NCBI GenBank assembly: GCA_963793305.1 | Contig: CAWBZV010000005.1 | Location: forward strand, 768,001 to 832,000 | Direction of reading: 5' to 3' | Length of the DNA: 64,000 nt | DNA from: an uncultured Gemmatimonadales bacterium | Lineage (GTDB): Bacteria > Gemmatimonadota > Gemmatimonadetes > Gemmatimonadales > Gemmatimonadaceae | Shown: one piece after another, positions 42,409-52,700 of the stretch | Layout: each line of letters starts with the position of its first letter | How positions within the stretch are numbered: the stretch's first letter is position 1 | Program-made: the position numbers and the translations under genes | The notes under the pieces: model-generated | Told to the model about the DNA's origin: nothing | Database searches by the model: none | The model's input: the letters and a program-made list of their open reading frames with translations, nothing else

Positions 42409-42650
42409 GTTGCGCGGAGCCGCGCTCACCGCGACAAAGGCGTAAAACGAAACACACGAGCGTCTTACAGAAGGGGTGATTCCGGTACTGCGCGATATCG
42501 ACGATCAGTTCTTCACCAGCTTGCCCGTCCGTGCTCGACGATGCGTCATAGGGCGTCCCATCGTGCGCCAATGTCGTGATCGCAGAGGCGAGCGATTGCC
42601 TCGGCCATTCCGGTGTCGTCCTCTTGACCACCCAAGTGGTTTCAGACGTG

Positions 42651-42857
42651 GGCCCGTTTCTGGGCCCGTTTCTCCCGGCAAACTCCGTCATCCGGGGCAG
42701 GGAACCACGGCGCCGATGCCCGGTTCTCCTCTGAACGCCGTCAAGTTGACGGACTTGGATACCCCAGTAGCTTGGTTTGCAACCAGGAGGTCAGGGGTTC
42801 GATCCCCCTCCGCTCCATGGACTTAACTTTTCAGTGGCCCGTTGGTGTGCCCTGTTT
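42651..42857 (+). repeat. att junction 1: left arm, 46-bp tRNA-Ala 3' core (42773-42818) and right arm
   Basis: Core identical to 21420-21465; GGCCCGTTT pair at 42651/42663 and degenerate pair from 42836. Confidence 0.92.
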
Positions 42858-42997
42858 CTCGCGAGAATCCCGCGCGGGTCGAGCACGGCGATGACAGCAT
42901 AGGCGCGCCGCGTCAGAAAGCTAAGTAGGGGGAGTTCCTACTATCTTATACCAGACAGTCGCCGTCGCGCATGGGCCCGTTGTTCGAGGACCAATTA

Positions 42998-43297
42998 ATG
43001 TCGCACCCGTCTCGCCGCTCTGGGTCGCCTCTCCTTGAGCCGGAGGACATCTGCGAGCCCGAGTGGGCGGCGTGGTACCGGATGTCCCCCGAGGAGCGTT
43101 GGACGGCCAGCTCCCGGATGTGGGCGGACTACCTCGCGCTGGGAGGCACGCTTGGGCCCGAGCCCGATACACAAAGTCCTTTCTTCGATCCGGGCATTCT
43201 CCGTCGACAGTCTGCTGATCGGCGGCCAGGCTTGCATTCTGTACGGAGCGGCGGAGTTCAGCCGGGACACCGATCTCGCCGTCCTCGCCGACGCTAA
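42998..43297 (+). CDS. Small hypothetical protein overlapping the nucleotidyltransferase gene
   Basis: EWAAWYRMSPEERW...LGGTLGPEPDTQSPF; protein-like N-terminal half. Confidence 0.5.
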   Translation: MSHPSRRSGSPLLEPEDICEPEWAAWYRMSPEERWTASSRMWADYLALGGTLGPEPDTQSPFFDPGILRRQSADRRPGLHSVRSGGVQPGHRSRRPRRR

Positions 43298-43919
43298 CAA
43301 TCTCTCCCGATTGCGGGCGGCACTTGCCGATCTCCAGGCAAAAGTCGTCGCGGTCCCACCGTTCGAGCTGCCGTATCTCGAACGTGGGCACGCCGTTCAT
43401 TTCGAATGTGCACGCCCCAATGTCGCAGGCATGCGGATCAACGTCATGGCGCGTCTCCGCGGGGTCGAATCATTTTCGGCACTCGTTTCTCGTCGCCAGA
43501 CTCGTACGCTGTCCGATGGTCTAACTGTTGAAGTGGTCGGGCTGTCAGACCTCGTCCTATCAAAGAAGACTCAGCGCGATAAGGATTGGCCGATGATCCG
43601 TCGACTCATGGAGGTGAGCTATCTCACCACCGCGTCGCGGCCCACTGCCAACGAGGTACGGTTCTGGCTTCGCGAACTGCGTACGCCGACGTTGCTTATC
43701 GAGGCCGCGCATCGTTTCCCGACCGCTGCGCGCGAGATCACAGCCGAGCGTCCGCTGTTGGGACACGCTTCCGCGCGCGACGAACCAAGTCTCGAGGCCG
43801 CGCTCGCGGCAGAGGAAACGCGCGAGCGGACTCTTGATCGCGCATATTGGGCGCCCCTTCGAGCTGAGCTCGAGCAACTGAGGGGTCAGGCGCGTCGGGG
43901 TCGACGCGACGCGCGGTAG
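43152..43919 (+). CDS. Nucleotidyltransferase-fold protein (start uncertain)
   Basis: LLIGGQA...SRDTDL and KKTQRDKD motifs. Confidence 0.75.
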   Translation: MGPSPIHKVLSSIRAFSVDSLLIGGQACILYGAAEFSRDTDLAVLADANNLSRLRAALADLQAKVVAVPPFELPYLERGHAVHFECARPNVAGMRINVMARLRGVESFSALVSRRQTRTLSDGLTVEVVGLSDLVLSKKTQRDKDWPMIRRLMEVSYLTTASRPTANEVRFWLRELRTPTLLIEAAHRFPTAAREITAERPLLGHASARDEPSLEAALAAEETRERTLDRAYWAPLRAELEQLRGQARRGRRDAR

Positions 43920-44181
43920 CGCCCCAGTCGTGCCGTCGGCTGCGCGCCAGATGGTCGCCCCATTCGGTTGTGGTGAGGCCGCGCGCCAACGGTGACGGCG
44001 AACGGCAGACAGCCAGAATGCAAGCTGACGTATCTCCAAAAGCCTGTTGAAGCTCGTGGGCGAAGCCGCAAATTCGACTACGAGACCTCACGGATCTACT
44101 GCACGCTGATCATGCCCTGCGTACCTAGGGCCTGATGCATACGTAGAAGTGGTACACGCCGGGCTTTGTAGAGCGAGACGG

Positions 44182-44577
44182 CTATCGGCCGCGTGCGTCC
44201 TCGACCAACATCGAAGCGCGCTCGTGACTCAAGCCCATCTCCGACATGAGCCGCGTCAAGCCGCGGGCGATAGCGCGCCGGTCGCTAGCGGACAGCTGGC
44301 CGAGTGCCGCGACAATTGTCGCCTGCGGCGCGGCGGGTGCATCATCGATCGCCGTCCGTCCGGCGCGCGTGAGCGCGATGACAACTCGGCGGCCATCCTC
44401 GGCCGATCGCTCGCGTCGCAGGAACCCCCGAGACCGTAGTCGCTCGACGACGGGCGAGGCCGTACTCTGATCCGTGTACGTTCGCTCCGCGAGCTCGTTG
44501 AGCGACTGCGCCGGATTGTCGCGTAGTGCGTGCAGGACGAATCGCTCGCCGGCCGTCAGCGCCGGCGTCGCGTCCAA
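44182..44577 (-). CDS. MarR-family regulator (5' end uncertain, possibly truncated)
   Basis: SLNELAERTYTDQSTASPVVERL..RERSAEDGRR..LTRAG. Confidence 0.75.
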   Translation of the reverse strand: MDATPALTAGERFVLHALRDNPAQSLNELAERTYTDQSTASPVVERLRSRGFLRRERSAEDGRRVVIALTRAGRTAIDDAPAAPQATIVAALGQLSASDRRAIARGLTRLMSEMGLSHERASMLVEDARGR

Positions 44578-44621
44578 GCGCCGCGATGGTGAAGATGCAT
44601 CGAACTGGCCACTGGTAATAA

Positions 44622-44639
44622 TACATTGACACCAATATA
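44622..44639. promoter_or_regulatory. Operator-like palindrome TACATTG-N4-CAATATA
   Basis: Between divergent marR and monooxygenase genes; second copy at 46304-46321. Confidence 0.6.
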
Positions 44640-44667
44640 ATTCCCCAAGACCCAAGCGGATCACGGC

Positions 44668-45891
44668 ATGCGGCGAAACAGGACGGTCTTGGTTTCGGGG
44701 GCGGGGATCGCGGGGCCGACCCTCGCCTACTGGCTCCTGCGTGCAGGCATGGAGCCGACCATTGTCGAATCCGCACCCGAGCTGCGGCCGGGCGGGTACA
44801 TGATCGACTTCTGGGGCCTGGGATTCGAGGTGGCCGAGGCCATGGGGCTCGGCAGTCGGCTGCGCGAGATCGGGTACGCCATGCGAGAGGTGACGCTGGT
44901 GGATGAGGCGGGTCGGACCACCGCTCGCCTCACGACCGATGCCATGCGCAAAGCGAGCGGTGAGCGCTATGTGACTCTCCTGCGCGCGGACCTGGCGCGG
45001 GAGCTCTATCGCTCGATTTCGGGCCGAGTGGAAGTCATATTCGGCAACGAGATCACCTTCGTCGGGCAGGACGCCGATGCCGTTCATGTCGGCTTCGCGC
45101 GCGGTACACCGCGACGATTCGACCTCGTCATCGGCGCCGATGGCGTCCATTCGAACGTGCGGCGCTTAATCTTCGGCCGCGAGGACAGTTTCGAGATCGA
45201 CCTTGGCTACTCGGTCGCCGCATTCAGCGCGCGATACTATCCCCACCGCGACGAGTTGACCGCTGTCAGCCGGACGATCCCTGGACGCCAAGTCGTGCGG
45301 TGTACGTTGCGCGATGGGTCGACGGTGTTCTTCATGGTGCTCGTGTCGGAGCTGACCGCCAATTATCCGGTCACGACAGCGGGCGCACAGAAGCAATGTC
45401 TCATCGATGCGTTCCGTGATATCGGTTGGGAAGGGGGCGAGATTCTCGAGGCCGTGAGCGACGCGACGGATTTGTATTTCGATTCGGTGACCCAAGTGCA
45501 TATGCCGGCGTGGTCACGCGGCCGCGTGGCGCTGGTGGGTGATGCGGCGTATTGCCCGTCCCTACTCGCGGGCGCAGGGTCATCCTTTGCGATGGCGGGC
45601 GCGTACCAACTGGCGGGCGAGCTCCTGGCTGCGGGCGGCGATTACACCCGCGCGTTCCTGGCGTACGAATGGCACCTCAAGCCGTTCCTGGACCGGAAGC
45701 AGCGCGCGGCCCGGCGTCTCGGCGCCTGGTTCGCTCCAAGGACTTCCCTGGGACTCTTCGTGCGCAACCAGGTGACGCGGCTGGCTGGTCTTCCCGGCTT
45801 CTCGGATCTCATGGTTGGACCCATCGTGGCCAATGAGCTGCGGTTGCCCCACTACACCTGGGATGGGAAGCCGGCGAGGGTGAGTGCATAG
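44668..45891 (+). CDS. FAD-dependent monooxygenase
   Basis: GAGIAG, DLVIGADGVHS, LVGDAAYCP. Confidence 0.9.
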   Translation: MRRNRTVLVSGAGIAGPTLAYWLLRAGMEPTIVESAPELRPGGYMIDFWGLGFEVAEAMGLGSRLREIGYAMREVTLVDEAGRTTARLTTDAMRKASGERYVTLLRADLARELYRSISGRVEVIFGNEITFVGQDADAVHVGFARGTPRRFDLVIGADGVHSNVRRLIFGREDSFEIDLGYSVAAFSARYYPHRDELTAVSRTIPGRQVVRCTLRDGSTVFFMVLVSELTANYPVTTAGAQKQCLIDAFRDIGWEGGEILEAVSDATDLYFDSVTQVHMPAWSRGRVALVGDAAYCPSLLAGAGSSFAMAGAYQLAGELLAAGGDYTRAFLAYEWHLKPFLDRKQRAARRLGAWFAPRTSLGLFVRNQVTRLAGLPGFSDLMVGPIVANELRLPHYTWDGKPARVSA

Positions 45892-45915
45892 CGGCTAGGC
45901 GCTGGTGCCGGTGTC

Positions 45916-46281
45916 CTACTCGCGCGCTTCGGTGACGAATGGTGTCCAGCCGGGGCGGAGCAGTCGCCGTGCGACCGTCATTGCGTCGCGCTTGGAGTTG
46001 AAGTGTCCGACACGGACGCGATACGGGACGCGTCCGACTACGCGAGCATCGAAGCCCCTGAGCACCAACCACCGCAGGACCGAGTCGGCCACGATCGGGT
46101 TGGGCACGTCGGCCGCCTCGACGGTCCAGAGGCCGAATGACGTGCGAGGAGGCGCGCCGTGCGACTTGCCAGAATCGACCACCACCGGCCCGCGCGTCGC
46201 GCCCGCTGGCGCAGGTCGTGCCGCGATGCGGAGCGTAGCCGCCGCACATAGTCCAAACAGCGCTCCAGCGAACCTATGCAC
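45916..46281 (-). CDS. Secreted SPOR-domain protein
   Basis: Signal peptide; PYRVRVGHF. Confidence 0.6.
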   Translation of the reverse strand: MHRFAGALFGLCAAATLRIAARPAPAGATRGPVVVDSGKSHGAPPRTSFGLWTVEAADVPNPIVADSVLRWLVLRGFDARVVGRVPYRVRVGHFNSKRDAMTVARRLLRPGWTPFVTEARE

Positions 46282-46303
46282 GATCCCTCTTGGTCTGTGC
46301 TAA

Positions 46304-46321
46304 TATATTGTCATCAATATA
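46304..46321. promoter_or_regulatory. Perfect palindrome TATATTG-TCAT-CAATATA
   Basis: Between divergent SPOR and histidine kinase genes; matches 44622-44639. Confidence 0.6.
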
Positions 46322-46341
46322 ACTCTCTCGACGAGGGCGCC

Positions 46342-47673
46342 GTGCCTGTTTCGAGCGACCGTTTCCCCTCGACCGCCGGGCCATTCGACGTGCCGGCCGG
46401 TCGAGGGCATGGCGCAGGGAAGGATCGCTGGGGTGCGTATGCCTCGGCTCTGGCTGGAACGCTGGCCGCGTTGGCGCTGTCAGAGGCGCTGGCGCCGCGG
46501 CTGGTGCACGTGCCCTTCGTCTTCTGTTATGTCGTCGTTGCTTTGTCGGCGCTCTACGGAGGGCTTGGCCCCGCGCTCCTCTCGACCGCGGTCGGCATCG
46601 TCGGGATCAGCTATCTCATTCTGCCCCCCACGCATGCGCTGCACATCGAGCGCCCGGCCGACATCCTGTCGGTTCTCGCGTTCACGGCCGTGTCGGTGGC
46701 GATCAGTTCACTGACCAACTCCCTCCGACGTGCCCTGCGGCGTTCCGCACAGCTGGCGCAACTGCACGAAGCGCAGACCATCGAGTTGACCAACTCGAAC
46801 GTGGAGCTTCAGCGGACCGCTCGAGATCTCGACGAGTCGCGTCGGCAGGCCGAGATCGCGCGGGCGGCCGCGGAATCAGCGAGCGCGGCCAAGTCGCGGT
46901 TCTTGGGGATGGTTAGTCACGAGCTGCGCACGCCCATCAATGCGGCGCTGGGATACGCCGACCTGCTGCTGGCCGATCTGGGCGGGCCACTGACGGATCA
47001 GGGCCGCGGCTACGTGCTCCGGATCCGCGACGCGAACCGTGACCTGGCGAAGCTCGTCGGCGACCTTCTCGATGTCATGACGGCTGAATCGGGTCGACTG
47101 ACCGTCTCGCACATCATGGGGAACGTGACCGAGCCCGTGGAGCAGGCGCTCGCACTGGTGCGACCCCATGCCAATGGGCGTGGCGTGATGCTCCGCTACG
47201 ATGCGTCGCCGAAGGACGCTTCGCCTTCGTACATTGGTGATACCGATCGCGTTCGGCAGATCGTGCTCAACCTGCTGACGAACGCCACCAAGTTCACGGA
47301 CGCGGGCGGCTGCGTGACGGTGACGTGCGGCACGACCGACCGACCGGCGTTGGACGCTACGCTCCGTGGTGACTGTTCGTGGACGTTCGTGCGCGTCGCG
47401 GACACGGGATGCGGCATTCCGGCCAACCAGCTCGAGCTCATATTCGAGCCGTTCGTCCAAGCGCCGATGAGACAGCGTCGCGGTGGCACGGGACTCGGTC
47501 TCGCCATCAGTCGCTACCTGGCGCGGCTCATGGGAGGCAATGTATCGGTGACGAGCGCGCTCGGGGCCGGATCGGCGTTCACCGTCTGGCTACCAGCTCC
47601 AGCCGATGCCGAGACCGTCACGCTGGATCGAGATGGTGGCGCAGTACCGGAGCCGCTGTCGCCGGAGCGATGA
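46342..47673 (+). CDS. DUF4118-type membrane sensor histidine kinase
   Basis: Four TM helices (YGGLGPALL), SHELRTP, NATKFT, DTGCGI, GTGLGL. Confidence 0.88.
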   Translation: MPVSSDRFPSTAGPFDVPAGRGHGAGKDRWGAYASALAGTLAALALSEALAPRLVHVPFVFCYVVVALSALYGGLGPALLSTAVGIVGISYLILPPTHALHIERPADILSVLAFTAVSVAISSLTNSLRRALRRSAQLAQLHEAQTIELTNSNVELQRTARDLDESRRQAEIARAAAESASAAKSRFLGMVSHELRTPINAALGYADLLLADLGGPLTDQGRGYVLRIRDANRDLAKLVGDLLDVMTAESGRLTVSHIMGNVTEPVEQALALVRPHANGRGVMLRYDASPKDASPSYIGDTDRVRQIVLNLLTNATKFTDAGGCVTVTCGTTDRPALDATLRGDCSWTFVRVADTGCGIPANQLELIFEPFVQAPMRQRRGGTGLGLAISRYLARLMGGNVSVTSALGAGSAFTVWLPAPADAETVTLDRDGGAVPEPLSPER

Positions 47674-48050
47674 GGACGAGACGGTGAGGAGATCCAGCGC
47701 GCCGTCGCTCGGGAGAGCCGCCAAGGCCCGCGGCGCGCGATCGCGGAGCAGGCGAAAGCGCCGTCGTGAGTTGCTGCGCGTGTAGCGATTCTCTCATGTA
47801 ATGAACGATAATCGTTCGTTCATAGTACGAACATCAAAACTGCGGCCGGGGGACCGCCCAATTCCGGTACGCTTCTGACACATAACCCCCCCATGATGCA
47901 TCCGTTACGAAGCTGAAATGGTGGGACTTCCCAACTCTGTAAAATCCGACATGGCTAACGAGTTAGCTCACTGGTCGTTTCCAACGCGGCGTGGGACGCA
48001 CGGTTTGGGTTCTTGCGCGCCGCTAAGGACCGCGTCTATCGTCCGCGCCG

Positions 48051-48698
48051 ATGAGCAACGTCGCCGCAGAACTTTCTCTGAACACTTCGTGGCCAGCTGG
48101 CCTGACACGGGATGAGGACGTCGAGGCTTCTCCGCGCGCACTGCCGGAGGCGGACGCATCACTGGCTTCACGCATCCGCGCGGGCGACGTTCACGCGTTT
48201 AAGGTCATGTTCGACCTGTACTATGAGCCGCTTCACGCGTACGTCGTGGGACTCTTACAGGATCAAGACGCAGCGGAGGAGTGCATACAGGACGTCATGT
48301 ATCACGTGTGGGCGCTCGGCCCCGCGTGGGGACTGCACGGCAGTATCGGCGCGTACCTCTTCACGGCTGCACGCAATCGCGCCATGAATCATGTCAGGCG
48401 CCATCGGGTCGTTGATCGATGGAAAGCCGCGGCCACGTCGGGAGCTGAGCTGACGGGTATGGGGAAGGGACCTGAAGCGACGGACGAAGCCTGCCGCCGC
48501 CATGAGATCACCAGCGCGGCACGAGCGGCGTTAGAACGTCTCCCGGAACGGCGCCGCGTCGCCCTGACGCTTCGTGGGGAGTATCGTATGACCAACCCCC
48601 AAATCGCGGAAGCGATGGGAATCTCAGTCAAGAATGTCGAGCGCTATATCATGCTCGCGCTCAAGGCGCTGCGCAGGGAGCTCAGCGGGTTCTTCTAG
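48051..48698 (+). CDS. ECF sigma-70 factor
   Basis: AEECIQDV, YLFTAARN, IAEAMGISVKNV. Confidence 0.9.
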   Translation: MSNVAAELSLNTSWPAGLTRDEDVEASPRALPEADASLASRIRAGDVHAFKVMFDLYYEPLHAYVVGLLQDQDAAEECIQDVMYHVWALGPAWGLHGSIGAYLFTAARNRAMNHVRRHRVVDRWKAAATSGAELTGMGKGPEATDEACRRHEITSAARAALERLPERRRVALTLRGEYRMTNPQIAEAMGISVKNVERYIMLALKALRRELSGFF

Positions 48699-48775
48699 CT
48701 CTTGACGATGGGTGTTGGCGGAGGATCGGTGTCCTTCTACCGAAAGATTCACCGGACCTCCCGCCGATACCAGAG

Positions 48776-49792
48776 ATGCACGATCCGCACGAACATCCGC
48801 TACTCCTTCGCTACATCACCGACCAGTGCTCGCCCGACGAACGCGTCGAGGTCGAGACGTGGCTAGCGGCTGAGCCGGGTCGCGAAGCGTACGTGTCCTC
48901 GCTTCGCGAGATACACCGGAGCTTGGGGGCACAGCCACGGACAGCAGACCGCCACTCGGCCTGGCTTCGGATGCGCCAGCGTCTGGGGCCCGTCATCGAA
49001 CCGCGCCAGATCCGCACCCGAACAAGGGAAGTGGTCCACGCGCGTCGGCTGGTCGGACTCCGATTTGCCGCCGCCGCGTCACTCCTCGTCGCCATCGGCA
49101 TCTACGCGGGGCGAGTCATGAGTCTGCGCCACCCCCCGAAAGCGGCGCGCGAATTCGTGACATCGGCCGGGATGCGCGACACGGTGACACTCGGTGACGG
49201 AACTCGACTCGTGCTTGCACCGGCGTCACGGCTGCACGTGCCCGTTGATTTCGATCGCGCGACACGCACCGTGGACCTCGACGGTGAAGCGCTGTTCACC
49301 GTTGTGCACGATGCGAGGCATCCTTTCGTCGTGCGAACGGCTGTTGGTGCCGTCGAGGATCTCGGGACGACATTTGACGTCCGCGCGTATGCGGAAGACA
49401 GCCTTACCCGCGTGGCGGTTGCTGAAGGATCGGTGCAACTGACGTCACGGGAAGTCCCGACGACGCTCACAGCGAACAATGTCGCGACACTGACGGCCGC
49501 GGGGGCCGTGTCGGTCACGCACGGAGTCGATGCGGCCGCGCTCACTGGGTGGAGCCGCGGAGTGCTCGTCTTCGAGAACACGCCGCTGTCCGAAGTCATG
49601 CGGACGCTCGGCCAATGGTACGATTTCGACACCACACCGCTGGCGCCCTCACTCGGCGCGCAGCGCGTGACCTTCACGGCTCACGCGGGTGCGCCCGGAG
49701 ACGCTTTCGCCATCATCGCCGCCGCCATCGATGTGCGCATCGAGCGAGATGGACGTCGCGTCACCGTCCTGTCCGCAACTGGAGGACGCTAG
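48776..49792 (+). CDS. FecR-family anti-sigma factor
   Basis: LGDGTRLVLAPAS, LDGEALF, LGTTFDV, VAEGSV. Confidence 0.9.
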   Translation: MHDPHEHPLLLRYITDQCSPDERVEVETWLAAEPGREAYVSSLREIHRSLGAQPRTADRHSAWLRMRQRLGPVIEPRQIRTRTREVVHARRLVGLRFAAAASLLVAIGIYAGRVMSLRHPPKAAREFVTSAGMRDTVTLGDGTRLVLAPASRLHVPVDFDRATRTVDLDGEALFTVVHDARHPFVVRTAVGAVEDLGTTFDVRAYAEDSLTRVAVAEGSVQLTSREVPTTLTANNVATLTAAGAVSVTHGVDAAALTGWSRGVLVFENTPLSEVMRTLGQWYDFDTTPLAPSLGAQRVTFTAHAGAPGDAFAIIAAAIDVRIERDGRRVTVLSATGGR

Positions 49793-49794
49793 GC

Positions 49795-52700
49795 ATGTCG
49801 ATCCGGCCGCAGGTGCGTATCGGACTCGTGGTGTTGATCGCGCTCGCCTCGCACGCCGTGGAGGCACAGGACGTGACCCCTCACGTGCTGGCAACCGCCG
49901 ACCGTGACCGATGGGTTCCCGCCACGGCGAGCACGGTGGCTCCCATGCAGCGCCCGATCGCGGTCGATTTCCGCCAAACCCCGTTGGCGGAAGCGTTGCG
50001 AACCATCGCGCAACAGGCAGGGCTCGAGATCGGATTCGGCGGGGAGGTCGAGCGCCTCAAGACGTCCGTGTCGCTCCACGTCGACGCAATGTCCGTGGGC
50101 AGCATACTGGGTCACGTGCTGATGGGGACGGGACTCACGGCCTATGCGTCCATCGACGGGACGCAGATCCTTGTCCGACGTCCCTTTGCCGCGGAGGAGA
50201 ACCAGGCGAAGCAGGACGCTCGCATAGCCGGGCGGGTCGTCGACTTTGCGAGCCACCAACCGCTGGTCGGTGCGGCCGTTACGGTGACCGGCACGACGAT
50301 TGGGGTCAGCACAACGGACAGCGGCACGTTCAGTGTGCCGCTGCCTGCTGATGCGAAATCGCTTTCGGTCCGTCGCATCGGCTATCTGCCCCAGACGGTA
50401 CCACTCGTTGCCGGCCAGACCGATTACACGGTTGCGCTGCATCAGGATGTCCTCCATCTCGAGGCCCAGGTTGTGACCGGCGTGGCGACCACGGTCTCGT
50501 CGCAGAATGCGGCGAACGCGATCAGCGTGGTGGACGGGCAGCAGCTGAACGACGTGCCGACGCCGACGCTCGAGAATGCCCTGCAGGGACAGATTCCAGG
50601 GGCGTTGGTTTCACAAAACAACGGCGGTGCGCCGGGCGGCGGCCTGCAGGTGCAGATTCGTGGCATCACCACGCTGTACGCGAACGGCTCACCACTCTAC
50701 GTCGTCGATGGCGTGATCGTGGACAATGAGACCGTCTTTAGCGGGACCGGCGCGATCACCTATGCGGTGCACAGCGTTGCGGCGAGCAACCAGGACAACG
50801 GGCCGAATCGCATTGCGGATCTCAATCCCGAGGACATTGAGAGCATTGAGGTCCTGAAGGGCGCGTCGGCGTCGGCGATCTATGGGTCCAAAGCGTCGGC
50901 TGGTGTCATCATCATCACGACGAAACGCGGCAAGGCAGGCAAGGCCGCGTGGAGCGTGTCCCAAAAGGTCGGGCACTTTTCCGATGCGCGGATGTTCAAC
51001 CTCCGCACGTTCCCAACGCTGGCGAGCGCCCAGGCGTGGTACGACAACGATGTCATGGGCATCTATGACGCCAAAACGCACACCGACACTGGCGCGGCAC
51101 TCGGCGCTGACAACGCCTACATCGCCAGCATCTACGCCGGTCCGCAGAATTTTCAGAGCCAGCTCTTCGGCAACAAGCAACTGTCGTACGAGACTGACCT
51201 GAGCGTGAGCGGGACCCAGGGTGGGACGGAGTACTTTCTGTCCGGCCTCACCAAGTACGACAACGGTACCCTGATCAACACCGGGTACAACAAGCAGTCG
51301 ATCCGGTCGAACATCACCCAGCAGTTCTCGAGCCGAGTCTCCGCGACGGCGAATCTGTTTTACGCCAATGACGTGGCACGGCGTGGCATTACCGGTGATG
51401 ACGCCGATGGCATTAGCCCCACCGATGTCCTGTCGTACACGCCACAATTCGTGAATCTCGATCATCGGAACGCCAATGGGGTGTGGGCGACCAACCCCTT
51501 CGGTCCTGCCAACGCGTTCGCCGATGCCGCCGAGATCAGCACGCCAGAGGCGACGCAGCGCTTCATCGGCGGCGGGACGATCGATCTGATGCCCTTCAGT
51601 ACGTTGCATCAGACGCTGCGGGTACAGCTGATCGGGGGCGCTGACATCGCGCACGTCCTGGATGCGCTGTACGCGCCATCGGATCTCCAGATCGAGCAGG
51701 ACCAATCGCTCCCTGGCGTGGCAACGACACAGACGTCCGATATCCAGTACCTGAATTACTCCATCAATATCATCCACCACTACACGGGCCTGTCGTGGCT
51801 CGACGCGACAACATCCGCCGGCTTCGCCGGCGAGAAACGCAGCCTCGTCAACACGGAGACCGTGTCGCAGAATGTGTTGTCGGGGCTCGACAACCCTGCG
51901 TCGGGCACCGTCCAGACCAACTTCTACAATCGGACTGGTCAGCGTGACCAGTCGTGGTATGCCCAGGAGCAGTTGCTCCTTCTCGACCAGCGGCTCTCGC
52001 TGACGGGAGGCGTGACGGCCGAGCAGTCGACGAACGATGGGAGCGTTGGCCAGTTCTACGCCTACCCGCGCTACTCAGCGTCGTACCGCATTCCGCGGTT
52101 GGCCGGGTTTGTTGACGAGCTCAAGGTCCGCGCGGCGTACGGGGAATCCGGCACCCAACCGGTGTATGGTGTACGGTACAGCCCACTCGGTACCAACGTC
52201 GCCGGCGGCCAGCCCGGCCTCACGGGCGACAGCATTCTGGGTGCGGCCAATGTGCGCCCGGAGACGGAGCAAGAGATAGAACTCGGACTTGATGCAACCC
52301 TGCTCCACGCCCGCGCACAGTTCAGCGCGACCGTCTACCAAAAGCGCATTACGAACCTGCTGCTCCAGGCGGGAGTGAATCCATCACGCGGCTATGGCGA
52401 GGAGTGGATCAACGGCGGCGAGTTCACGAATCAAGGGATCGAGCTTTCCCTGCAGGCCACGCCAGTCCAAATCAAGAACGGGCTCACGTGGTTCACCTCG
52501 ACCAGCTTCGCTCGCAACTATAGCGTCGTGAATTCGCTCCCGGTGGCGCCGTTCTACGACTACGATGGCTCGTGGATTCAGGTCGGTCGTTCCGTGTCGG
52601 ACATTGTCAACTCATCGGTGATTGACAAGAACGGCGCACCTCAGCAGGTGGGTGATGGTGAACCGGCGTACACCATGAACTTCAATAACTCGCTCACGTA

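Larger units (their letters stand above)
21420..42818. mobile_element. Integrative element 1 (IME-like) in tRNA-Ala carrying defence-type cargo
   Basis: Identical 46-bp direct repeats at 21420-21465 and 42773-42818; integrase and excisionase next to the tRNA; relaxase-like gene. Confidence 0.9.

Noticed and set aside
21465..42772. Prophage
   Set aside because: No terminase, capsid, tail or lysis genes are recognisable
42773..42818. Second and third tRNA-Ala genes (also 62405-62450)
   Set aside because: Only the 3' 46 nt are present; the 5' acceptor strand and D-arm are missing, so these are att cores
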